A stretch of 26,491 nucleotides of DNA from an uncultured archaeon (GTDB lineage: Archaea; Iainarchaeota; Iainarchaeia; Iainarchaeales; CSSED10-239): positions 1 through 26,491 of the forward strand of contig CAZQEL010000012.1 in NCBI GenBank assembly GCA_964591795.1, in the 5' to 3' direction. The translations under genes were made by a program, and so were the position numbers. Every line of letters begins with the position of its first letter. Position 1 is the stretch's first letter. Positions 1 through 8,088 of this stretch are shown here, in pieces. The notes beneath the pieces were generated by a model, which saw nothing but the letters and a program-made list of their open reading frames with translations, was not told where the DNA came from and made no database searches.

Positions 1-250
1 AGTTTTTTAAATTAATAATTACAGTTAATACTAAAAAAGAATAATTACTAATAATACCTGATTTTTCTAAAGATTTAATTCTTGTTCTAACAGCTGGTGG
101 TGTTAAATTTATTTTATTACTTATAGTAACATAATTTAATTTAGAGTTATTAGATAATTCTTTTAAAATTAGTTTATCTTTAGAATCTACTTTATAATCA
201 ATAAACTTTGGATCTTTATTTATTAAAATAGAAGTTATTGGATATTTAAA
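1..250 (-). CDS. Partial Lrp/AsnC-type HTH regulator (runs off the left edge; no canonical start visible)
   Basis: Not in the supplied ORF track because it has no ATG. The reverse-strand frame is open from 250 to the window edge. Translation reads ...FIDYKVDSKDKLILKELSNNSKLNYVTISNKINLTPPAVRTRIKSLEKSGIISNYSFLV..., which matches the N-terminal HTH of Lrp/AsnC regulators. There is an in-frame TGA at complement 253-251 and no ATG/GTG/TTG between it and the HTH. Confidence 0.4.
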
Positions 251-270
251 TCAAAATATACATATAACTC

Positions 271-448
271 TTTTAGATAAAATAGCTTGGTTTATAGTAG
301 ATATTATTGCTTGGACAATTATTACTTATGTAAATCTTAGTTTTAATAACAACATATTTTTATTTATAATACTGATTGGTATTATTAGTTATCTTGCATA
401 TAAATATCCATAATGGAAAATTAAAATTGATTATAGTGAGGAATTTTA
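271..448. repeat. Imperfect direct repeat, copy 1 (left flank of the AbiE-like cassette)
   Basis: Alignable by eye with 2016-2170. Shared blocks include ttttagata.aatagcttg, caattattac.tatgtaaat, ggtattatt.gttat.ttgcatat, atggaaaatt and gtgagga. Copy 1 carries an extra internal gcttgg...gcttgg 24-nt duplication. There is residual coding signal for a hydrophobic C-terminal peptide (AWTIITYVNLSF...LIGIISYLAYKYP). Confidence 0.75.
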
Positions 449-537
449 ATCAAATATAGTGAAATTACTTAAAAATGGGTAATTTTGAATAATTTGACTA
501 ACAAATATTATTTATACACTAGGTATATAATGTCTGG

Positions 538-625
538 TTAATATATAAGTAACATTTATATATGGGTGAAGTTGCTTATATATAAGTAAAGTATTTAAAT
601 ACCTTTTGTTACTTATATATAAGTA
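538..625. promoter_or_regulatory. Three copies of a CTTATATATAAGTA-type palindrome at 37-bp spacing (putative operator array overlapping the abiEi-like start)
   Basis: ttaatatataagta at 538-551, cttatatataagta at 575-588 and cttatatataagta at 612-625. The third copy is a perfect 16-bp palindrome, tacttatatataagta (610-625), whose last base is the A of the ATG at 625. Confidence 0.6.
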
Positions 626-1224
626 TGATTTTAAGAAATATTAAACAATTAAGAATAATTAGAGTACTTTTGGATAATCCTACGGGTATATTAACAAAAT
701 ATAAAATTGCAAAAATTGTAAATTGTTCTATACCTAGAGTTATACAAGTAATTCAAAAACTAGAAAAGATGAATTTTGTTAAGGTTACAAAAGTAATAGA
801 TTTTAATAAATTAATTCAATATTATATAAAAATAGATAATTTAAAATCAGAAAAATATTATTACCATATAGCTAATCCATTAGATTTTTTTAAAAAAATA
901 AAGTTAAATTATGCTTTTACAACATATGCAGCAGAAAACATAATAAATCATCATTTATTCCTTAATAAATTTGATGTATATATATCTAAAAAAGATTTTA
1001 CTAAATGGAGACAACTATTAAAAGATAAAGCATTAATAGGAAAAGGTAACTTAACATTCATAACTCCAAAAGATGAAGATATATTAAAAGAATCTGTAAA
1101 AATAAAAGGATATAATGTTGTATCTACCCCACAATTATTAATTGATCTTAAAAAAGAGGGAGGAGTATGTATTGAAGCATATAACATATTATTAGATAAA
1201 TATGTACAACAAAAAAGAAACTGA
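625..1224 (+). CDS. AbiEi-like winged-helix transcriptional regulator / antitoxin
   Basis: N-terminal wHTH-like segment IIRVLLDNPTGILTKYKIAKIVNCSIPRVIQVIQKLEKMNFV. It overlaps the downstream nucleotidyltransferase gene by 23 nt, and palindromic operators lie upstream. The assignment rests on architecture and context, not strong motifs. Confidence 0.5.
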   Translation: MILRNIKQLRIIRVLLDNPTGILTKYKIAKIVNCSIPRVIQVIQKLEKMNFVKVTKVIDFNKLIQYYIKIDNLKSEKYYYHIANPLDFFKKIKLNYAFTTYAAENIINHHLFLNKFDVYISKKDFTKWRQLLKDKALIGKGNLTFITPKDEDILKESVKIKGYNVVSTPQLLIDLKKEGGVCIEAYNILLDKYVQQKRN

Positions 1225-1963
1225 TATAAGTTATAAATACTTAAAGTCAATTATATCTAAATTAAAAGAACCAATTATAATAATTGGTGGTTGGGCAATT
1301 TATTTATCAGTAAATAAAAATTATAAAAAAGAATTTGGTTTAGATTATATTGGTTCTAGAGATGTGGATTTAGGTTTTAATACAATAAAATCTTTTAAAG
1401 ACACTTGTAATATTTTAGAAGAAAATGGCTTTGAATTTATTAGCTTTAGATATCTAAAAGAAATTAGTTATGAAACAGGTAAAAAACTTACAAAAGAAGA
1501 ATTAAAAACAACACCAATTTACAATATATTTCCAATGTATATTGATTTGTTAATTTCTGAAATTAATTTAAAAGTAAAAAAAGAACTTGGATTTACTCCA
1601 ATTGATGAACTATTAGTAAAGCTAATATTTAAAAATAAAAGTTACAGAACTGAATTAGTAGAATTTAATACAAAATTGTGGTTACCATCTCCATCTTTAC
1701 TATTAACCACTAAAGTAAATTCAATTGCAAATAGAATTTTAGATCATAAAAGAATTAAAGATTATTGTGATATTATTGCTTTATGTTTATATTCTGGTGA
1801 AAATTTAGATGATTTAATTAGTTTTGTTAAAAAACACGCAATTAAAAAAAGAATATTAAAACTTAAAAATATTATAGATCAAAAAGAATTAAAACAAGTT
1901 TCAGATATACTAAGAATAAATGTAGATATAATAAATAGAATTATATTAAAAATAATTGAATAA
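1202..1963 (+). CDS. AbiEii-like nucleotidyltransferase (type IV toxin-antitoxin / abortive-infection toxin family, DUF1814-like)
   Basis: NTase signature hG[GS]-x(n)-DhD: IIIGGWAIYL...YIGSRDVDLGF. A C-terminal motif, KVNSIANRILDHKRIKDYCDIIAL, resembles the conserved K..A..R....(R/K)D.YD block of AbiEii. It is translationally coupled to the upstream wHTH gene. Confidence 0.6.
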   Translation: MYNKKETDISYKYLKSIISKLKEPIIIIGGWAIYLSVNKNYKKEFGLDYIGSRDVDLGFNTIKSFKDTCNILEENGFEFISFRYLKEISYETGKKLTKEELKTTPIYNIFPMYIDLLISEINLKVKKELGFTPIDELLVKLIFKNKSYRTELVEFNTKLWLPSPSLLLTTKVNSIANRILDHKRIKDYCDIIALCLYSGENLDDLISFVKKHAIKKRILKLKNIIDQKELKQVSDILRINVDIINRIILKIIE

Positions 1964-2015
1964 CAACACATAAATATAGCTAATACTTTTCTAATTAATT
2001 ACTTAGTTAAATTTA

Positions 2016-2170
2016 TTTTAGATATAATAGCTTGACCAATTATTACCTATGTAAATATTAGTTATGATTATTACATTATATTATTTATAATAACTATAGG
2101 TATTATTGGTTATTTTGCATATGTATATCCACAATGGAAAATTTTAATTAATTATTGTGAGGATATTTAA
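2016..2170. repeat. Imperfect direct repeat, copy 2 (right flank of the AbiE-like cassette)
   Basis: Homologous to 271-448. In the peptide frame it has TGA (2033-2035) where copy 1 has TGG. It has CAA (2132-2134) where copy 1 has TAA (411-413). Both copies end on a homologous gtgagga(a/t)(t/a)tttaa. Confidence 0.75.
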
Positions 2171-2237
2171 CTTTACTGGCTAGGTATCCCTCCGAAAGTA
2201 TTTTTAAATAAAAGCTATATAATATATATGAAAAAAT

Positions 2238-2900
2238 ATGAATTTAGAAAATATAATTAAACAATTAGAAAAAGAAGTTAAAGAATTATTTAGTAAGGAT
2301 ACAAGTGGGCATGATATTTATCATCTTAAAAGAACATTAAATGTAGCATTAACTATTCAAGAAAAAGAAGGTGGAGATAGATTAATTATAGGGATATCTG
2401 CATTTTTACATGATGTACATAGAATTATTCAAAAAGAAACAGGTAAGTTTTGTACACCAAAAGACTCTTTACCAAAAGTTAAAGATATATTAGATAAAGT
2501 AGAGCTTACAGATGAACAAAAAAGAAAAATATTACATTGTATTGAATTCCATGAAGAATATAATTTTTCTAAAGAAGGAAATAAAGTAACTGATATTGAA
2601 ACACTTATTATTCAAGATGCAGATAATTTAGATGCAATAGGTGCCATAGGAATTGCAAGAGCTTTTAGTTTTGGGGGAACATATAAAATACCAATTTGGA
2701 TTCCAGAAATGCCATTTAATAGAGAAGATTATTGTGAATCAGAGCCAGATCTATCTGAAATTCATCACTTTTATAGTAAATTACTAAAACTAAAAGATAA
2801 TATGAATACAAAAACAGGAAAAAATTTAGCAGAAGAAAGACATAAATTTATGGAATTGTATTTAAAAGAATTCTTTGATGAGTGGAATGGTAAAAAATAA
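2238..2900 (+). CDS. HD-domain metal-dependent phosphohydrolase
   Basis: Motifs GHDIYHLKR, AFLHDVHR and IQDADNLDAIGAIGIARAF are typical of the HD superfamily (YedJ-like subgroup). Confidence 0.85.
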   Translation: MNLENIIKQLEKEVKELFSKDTSGHDIYHLKRTLNVALTIQEKEGGDRLIIGISAFLHDVHRIIQKETGKFCTPKDSLPKVKDILDKVELTDEQKRKILHCIEFHEEYNFSKEGNKVTDIETLIIQDADNLDAIGAIGIARAFSFGGTYKIPIWIPEMPFNREDYCESEPDLSEIHHFYSKLLKLKDNMNTKTGKNLAEERHKFMELYLKEFFDEWNGKK

Positions 2901-2932
2901 ATATTAATTATTGGATACTTAAAGGTGGATAA

Positions 2933-3625
2933 ATGAGTGATTATTTTAATAATTATTTAAAAGCAATAGATAACCCATTAGAAGATAGCAAAAAAGCATT
3001 TGATGATGAATTAAATTTATTTAAAAAATATGTATCAAAATTACCTATAAATAGTCAGATTATTGATATTGGTTGTGGAATTGCAAGACCATTAGATAAA
3101 ATATGTAAAATATATTCTAATTATAACTTTATAGGTATAGACAATAATAAAAAGATGATTAAAGAGGCTAAAAACAGACTACATAAATTAGATAATGTAA
3201 ATATAATCTTTAAAGATATTTTTAATAAAGATTTAGACAAAGATATGTTTAATTTAACTTATTCTACATATAATTTAATAGGGTCTATAAATAATTCTAA
3301 AAGAAATGACTTAATTAAAGAAAAATGTAGAATTACAAAGGATAATGGGTATATAATTACAATTACTTGGAAAACTGATAACTATACTACTGAATTTCTT
3401 AAAAAATATTACCCATATATTAATATAAACATAATAAAAAATAATAGTTTAAAAACTATTACTGATAAAGGAAAATTCGAAAGAGTTTCTGTTGAAGAAA
3501 TTAAAAATCTATATACAAAAAATAATATAGATATTATTGAAATTAAAAATATTGGCAAGATTTGGATTGCTGTTGTTGGAAGAGTAAAAAAGCAGAATTT
3601 AAAGGTGTTAAAAACTGGCAAATAA
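2933..3625 (+). CDS. Class I SAM-dependent methyltransferase
   Basis: Motif I IIDIGCGIARPL and post-I FIGIDNNKKMIKEAK. An SD-like aaaggtgga lies upstream of the ATG. Confidence 0.75.
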   Translation: MSDYFNNYLKAIDNPLEDSKKAFDDELNLFKKYVSKLPINSQIIDIGCGIARPLDKICKIYSNYNFIGIDNNKKMIKEAKNRLHKLDNVNIIFKDIFNKDLDKDMFNLTYSTYNLIGSINNSKRNDLIKEKCRITKDNGYIITITWKTDNYTTEFLKKYYPYININIIKNNSLKTITDKGKFERVSVEEIKNLYTKNNIDIIEIKNIGKIWIAVVGRVKKQNLKVLKTGK

Positions 3626-3721
3626 ACTTTAAAATAAATAAAACTGGTATTAGTTTAATAAATTATTTTAAATTAAAAATATATAGAAGGTAATAATATA
3701 AATATAAATAAAGAGGTAAAA

Positions 3722-4351
3722 AGAATATTATGTTATGGAAATTTAAATACTTGGGGTTGGGTACCTTCAAGTATGGGTAAATCAAGATTTGATATTAATC
3801 TACATTGGCCAGGTATTCTTCAAAGTAAGTTAGGAACTAACTATGAAGTTATTGAAGAAGGATTAGGTGGAAGGACAACAATGTTTGATGATCCTAGACC
3901 TGAATTTCCAGAAAGAAATGGGCTTAAAGTATTACCTATAATATTAGAAACACATTTACCTTTAGATTATGTGATTTTAATGCTAGGTACTACAGATACT
4001 AAGGAAATGATGGTTTTAAATGCTGAAAAAATAGCTGAAGGGCTTAGAAAATTAATTAAAACTGTTAAATAATTTAAAATTTTAGATAATACCATTAATC
4101 CTAAAATATTAGTTGTTGTGCCTCCTATTGTTGATGAAACTGCAAACTTTGCATCACAATTATTTAAAGGGGGAACAGAAAAAGCTAAAGCTTTAATTAA
4201 ATTATACGAATTAATATCAAAAGAAGAAAATGTATTTTATCTTGATCCTACAGATCAAGTTGTTGTTGATAAAATAGAGGGTGTACATATTGATAGTAAT
4301 AATCATAGTAAATTAGCTGAGCTTATATTTAATAAAATTAAGAATATTTAA
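3722..4351 (+). pseudogene. Decayed SGNH/GDSL-family hydrolase
   Basis: One continuous frame covers track ORFs 3773..4072 and 4118..4351, broken only by TAA at 4070-4072. The upstream frame is open back to 3677 and reads RILCYGNLNTWGW, where the family has GDS(N/L)TWG; the nucleophile Ser is therefore replaced (GNL). There is no ATG/GTG/TTG upstream of block I. The block V position reads EGVH rather than DxxH. Confidence 0.7.
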
Positions 4352-4374
4352 ATAAAAATAAAATTGAGAAAATA

Positions 4375-5070
4375 ATGATTAAATTTGAATTAATAGTTTC
4401 AAAAAAAGAAGATATTGAAAATTGGTTGAAATTTATTAAAGAACCTGTTAGTTATGGTAATAATTGGTTAAAAGACTATCCAAAAGATTTTATTGATTTA
4501 TTTATTAATAAAACAGATCCTCAAAAAAAAGAAATTATTGTTAATTATATAGATAAATATTATACTAAAAAATATTTAGATAAATTCTATAATTCTAGTA
4601 AAATATTTGATAAATATAATCAAAAAATTATCAATAGACTAGAAAAGATACATAATAGACAATTTCCAGTAGAAAAAGTGATTATTAAATATAATACTTT
4701 TATAGCATGTCCATATCAATATAGAAAAAATCAAAAGTGGTTTGGAATCTTTTTATCAAAAAGATACATAAATAAAGGTTTTATTGGAGTTGCAGTTCAT
4801 GAACTCATGCATTTATTTTTTCATTATTATTTTTGGGATATTTGTAAAAGTAAAGGATTAAAATCTGATGAAATTCATTTTATTAAAGAATCTTTCACAG
4901 TAATTATAAATAAAGAATTTAAAGATATATTAGATTATAAAGATTATGGTTATTTAGAACATAAGACTTTAAGACAAATAATCTTAAAAGAGTGGAAGAA
5001 AGGAACTTCTTTTGAAGAAATATTAAAAAAAATATATTTAAAAAAGATTAAACATGTTAAAAGCAAATAA
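4375..5070 (+). CDS. Hypothetical protein with an HExxH motif (possible zinc metallopeptidase-like)
   Basis: GVAVHELMHLFFHYYF is the only recognisable motif. It overlaps the next gene by 17 nt. Confidence 0.4.
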   Translation: MIKFELIVSKKEDIENWLKFIKEPVSYGNNWLKDYPKDFIDLFINKTDPQKKEIIVNYIDKYYTKKYLDKFYNSSKIFDKYNQKIINRLEKIHNRQFPVEKVIIKYNTFIACPYQYRKNQKWFGIFLSKRYINKGFIGVAVHELMHLFFHYYFWDICKSKGLKSDEIHFIKESFTVIINKEFKDILDYKDYGYLEHKTLRQIILKEWKKGTSFEEILKKIYLKKIKHVKSK

Positions 5071-5629
5071 AATATTATATTTTGGGATATTAAGTCTACC
5101 CATATGGACTATTTTATATGCAACTAATAAATCCCCTTTTGATTATACATTAAGTATGATAGGAAATTGGTTTGATTATAGAATATATTTTATTATTTGG
5201 GGTATTGTTACAGGTATTTTGTTTACTTCGTTTTTAATATATTTATTTAAAAAAACTAATTTTAATAATAAAAAATCAAAAAAATATGCATATTTATCAG
5301 GAATTTTTCTTATTTTAACAGTTTTAACTCCATCCACTAATCAAGAACCTATTGATAAAGCATTAAGAATATTGCACTTAGATTTACATATTATGTGGGG
5401 TGCTTTATTTGCTTTTTTTCTTTTAACAACACTTTATATGTTTTATAAGTATTTAAAAACAATAAACAAAGAAATTTCAGTAAAATCAAGTAAATATCTG
5501 ATATTTACTATATTTGGATCTCTTTTACTTTTAACTCTTTTTGGAATGACAGGTATTTTTCAAATTTTTTTCTTTATATCAATTATATTTTATATGATTA
5601 TGTTAGATTATTATATTGAAAAAATATAA
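5054..5629 (+). CDS. Integral membrane protein (about 5 predicted TM segments), function unknown
   Basis: Long hydrophobic stretches such as ILYFGILSLPIWTILYA, IYFIIWGIVTGILFTSFLIYLF and FTIFGSLLLLTLFGMTGIFQIFFFISIIFYMIM. It is coupled to the upstream HExxH ORF. Confidence 0.6.
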   Translation: MLKANKILYFGILSLPIWTILYATNKSPFDYTLSMIGNWFDYRIYFIIWGIVTGILFTSFLIYLFKKTNFNNKKSKKYAYLSGIFLILTVLTPSTNQEPIDKALRILHLDLHIMWGALFAFFLLTTLYMFYKYLKTINKEISVKSSKYLIFTIFGSLLLLTLFGMTGIFQIFFFISIIFYMIMLDYYIEKI

Positions 5630-5688
5630 CTTATTTATTATTTTCATAAAAATAAACTTATATATACTCTTGTATTAATAATATTCTT

Positions 5689-5898
5689 ATGGTTAATAAA
5701 TTTAGAGTATTACCAGAACTCTTAAAAAAAAGAAATATAAAAAGAAAAGATCGTTCTATTGATAGTAAGATAACTCCTAAAAGATTAAATAAACAACAAT
5801 TATTAGAATTACAAACAATTAAAAGAGAAAAACAACAATTTCTAAAAGAAATAGGACTTATTGGTAAAACTAAAGATAATTACTTAGATTTAAATTAA
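5689..5898 (+). CDS. N-terminal segment (basic, 69 aa) of a 520-codon frame interrupted by TAA at 5896-5898
   Basis: Same frame as 6283..7251. I read codons 5899-6282 one by one: 128 codons with no stop and no in-frame ATG. Confidence 0.4.
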   Translation: MVNKFRVLPELLKKRNIKRKDRSIDSKITPKRLNKQQLLELQTIKREKQQFLKEIGLIGKTKDNYLDLN

Positions 5899-6282
5899 TT
5901 TAAAAAATATAAATTAAGATTAGAACAATTAAGTAAAAGATCTAGGATATTAGATAAACATTATAATGCAAAATTAAATAATTTATATAAAGATGGTATT
6001 ATTCAATCATTTGCAATTGGTTATATTAAAAAAAATATTATTCCACATCTAAATAATAAAGCCTTAAAAAAAAGATTAGAAAAATTATTTTCTTCAGAAA
6101 AATTAAGTAGATTAGAAGCTTATATTTATCCTAAATGGGATTATAAGCACTCAAGATTTGTTCCAAATGAAGAAGTAATTAAAAGATTTCCTAATTTAGA
6201 AGCTCATTTTAAAAGTGGTGTTGGTAGTTGGAATAAATATTCTAATCCTGATTATGCATCAAGCTATGATATAAATAATAAA

Positions 6283-7251
6283 ATGTTAAAAGTTATATTT
6301 AATAAATATCCATTCTTAAAAGAGTTAAAAAACATTCCAAAAGGAAAAAAACAACTAGAAGTAGAACAAAAAATAATACAACTAAGTAATGATTTAGAAA
6401 AAACAAACGAACATATGAAAAATCCTTTTGAAAAATATATTCGAAGAGAACAAGATGTATTAATCAGAGCTAATGATGCCATGTATAGGCATAATCCTAT
6501 TATTTGGGATAATAAAGTAAATAAATTATTTAAAGAAAGATACGGTATCACTTTAACAGACATTTATAATAAATTTACTAAAGGATATACTGGGTCAAGA
6601 CCCTTAGATATTACTAATTATGTACTTAAAAAAGTCTTAAATAAAAATACACTTATGGTTTTTCCACTTAGAGGAAGTCTTTTTAATTATTATTTAACCA
6701 GAGGTGTTATTGCTGAACTAAAAAGATTAGGTTTAGCTAAAAATGAATTAAATGCAGTAACTATAACTGCAGATACTTTTAAACATTGGAATTCATTTTA
6801 TAATATGGAAGCTTATACTTATGGTACTAGTTATCATGATATTGCAGAAAGAGCGCCAGATATAATTAGTGAACAACTTACAAATATATTAAAAAAACAT
6901 AAAAACACAGCTCAAATAAGTATTGTTGATTTTAAAAATACTGGATTTCAAAAAGATTATATTTATCATTATATTAAAAAACATTATAATAAAGAAAATA
7001 AAAATCATCCAGAACTTGATTTTTTATCAGTAAATGAAGAACAAAAATTTAATTTTTCCAATAAAGAAACAATTGACCCTACAGACTTAGTAAATAAAAG
7101 AGTTGATAAAGAAAGTGCTGGAGCAAAAGGGTACATTGGCACTATAAATAGCAAATCTACTCTAAGTAATATTACAAAAATGAAAGAAATGTTAGAAATT
7201 GCTGGAAGAATGCTTCTAAGATCAGAATTAAAGATAAGAGGCACAATTTAA
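6283..7251 (+). CDS. Uncharacterised protein; the coding frame actually stays open from 5899
   Basis: A 322-aa ORF in the track. The upstream 384 nt are stop-free in the same frame, which is very unlikely by chance at this AT content. No confident family motif. Confidence 0.55.
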   Translation: MLKVIFNKYPFLKELKNIPKGKKQLEVEQKIIQLSNDLEKTNEHMKNPFEKYIRREQDVLIRANDAMYRHNPIIWDNKVNKLFKERYGITLTDIYNKFTKGYTGSRPLDITNYVLKKVLNKNTLMVFPLRGSLFNYYLTRGVIAELKRLGLAKNELNAVTITADTFKHWNSFYNMEAYTYGTSYHDIAERAPDIISEQLTNILKKHKNTAQISIVDFKNTGFQKDYIYHYIKKHYNKENKNHPELDFLSVNEEQKFNFSNKETIDPTDLVNKRVDKESAGAKGYIGTINSKSTLSNITKMKEMLEIAGRMLLRSELKIRGTI

Positions 7252-7280
7252 TTAAATACTTTTAATATAATTAGGTAAAT

Positions 7281-7835
7281 ATGATAAATATGAAACAATA
7301 TATTTTTGGATATGGAAGTATTATAAATAAAGATAGTGTAAATAAAACAACTATTGAAAAAGAAAGAATAATTAAAACTATTACTGGATATAGACGAGAA
7401 TGGAATATAAATATAAAATCTCATTTTCAAACTGCATTAGGAATAGTAAAAAACAAAGATTCTACTTGTAATGGTGTTTTAGTAGAAGTAGATGATATTA
7501 CTGCAGTTGATAAAAGAGAAATAGGTTATACTAGAGAAAAAGTAGATGAGAATATATGGATATATGTTCCTGAACTTACAGGCTCTGCCACAAAAGAATA
7601 TCCAATAATGCAATCATATATTGATGTGATTTTAGAAGGTTGTTTTAAAATATCAAAAGAATTTGCAAAAGAATTTATTGATACCACTGGTGGTTGGAAT
7701 GAACATATTATTTATGATAGAGAAGATCCAAAATATCCTAGAGCACAAAAAGAATTGAAATACAAGTTAGAAATAGATAATTTACTTAGCAATCATCCTA
7801 AAACCAAAGACTTTTTTAAAAAGAAGTTTATTTAA
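7281..7835 (+). CDS. Gamma-glutamylcyclotransferase / ChaC / AIG2-like fold protein
   Basis: N-terminal YIFGYGSIINKDS (the YGSL-type motif) and VDKREIGYTRE, with the conserved Glu context seen in ChaC/GGCT-like proteins. Confidence 0.5.
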   Translation: MINMKQYIFGYGSIINKDSVNKTTIEKERIIKTITGYRREWNINIKSHFQTALGIVKNKDSTCNGVLVEVDDITAVDKREIGYTREKVDENIWIYVPELTGSATKEYPIMQSYIDVILEGCFKISKEFAKEFIDTTGGWNEHIIYDREDPKYPRAQKELKYKLEIDNLLSNHPKTKDFFKKKFI

Positions 7836-7888
7836 TTTATAATACTAAAGTAACTATTCTTAATTTCTTAATTTATAAGTTATTTAAC

Positions 7889-8051
7889 ATTGCGCATTTT
7901 ATTATTTTTTATACGCTGGGATTGCGCAATTTAGCTTTATTTTTTAATACTTTTTTAGGTTATCTAGAAAGTCCTTTAATTATAAGGGTTTAAGGATTAT
8001 TTTTATCTGCGCAATTTGTGTTTTTTTATTAATGATTATTGCGCATTTTAG
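7889..8051. promoter_or_regulatory. Four ATTGCGCA(A/T)TTT boxes in two pairs (putative operators) upstream of the RelA/SpoT-domain gene
   Basis: TGCGCA cores sit at 7891-7896, 7923-7928, 8008-8013 and 8040-8045, giving spacings of 32, 85 and 32 bp. I saw this GC-rich palindromic hexamer nowhere else in the window. A TATA-like tttataaata follows the last box, about 25 nt before the ATG at 8089. Confidence 0.55.
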
Positions 8052-8088
8052 TTTAATTTATAAATACGTCTATTCTATATATATTATT

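Noticed and set aside
198-413. A plus-strand stop-free frame encoding a 2-TM-like peptide within repeat copy 1, considered as an independent gene.
   Set aside because: It has no ATG/GTG/TTG start. Its homologue in copy 2 is broken by TGA. Homology continues past the copy-1 stop. It is better treated as the remnant of a duplicated gene end.
6640-6960. Calling the 6283..7251 product a phosphoribosyltransferase.
   Set aside because: Only two short loop-like strings resemble PRTase motifs, and their spacing (about 95 aa) does not fit type I PRTases. It is kept as a weak note only.
7248-7430. A 60-aa minus-strand ORF across the 7251/7281 gene junction.
   Set aside because: It is antisense to the 5' end of the GGCT-like gene, has a hydrophobic low-complexity translation, and has no upstream signals.
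8032-8088. The track start (ATG 8032) of the RelA/SpoT gene.
   Set aside because: The first 19 codons (MIIAHFSLIYKYVYSIYII) overlap the fourth TGCGCA box and a TATA-like element, and they lie upstream of the region I recognise as the conserved N-terminus of such proteins. The ATG at 8089 is preferred.
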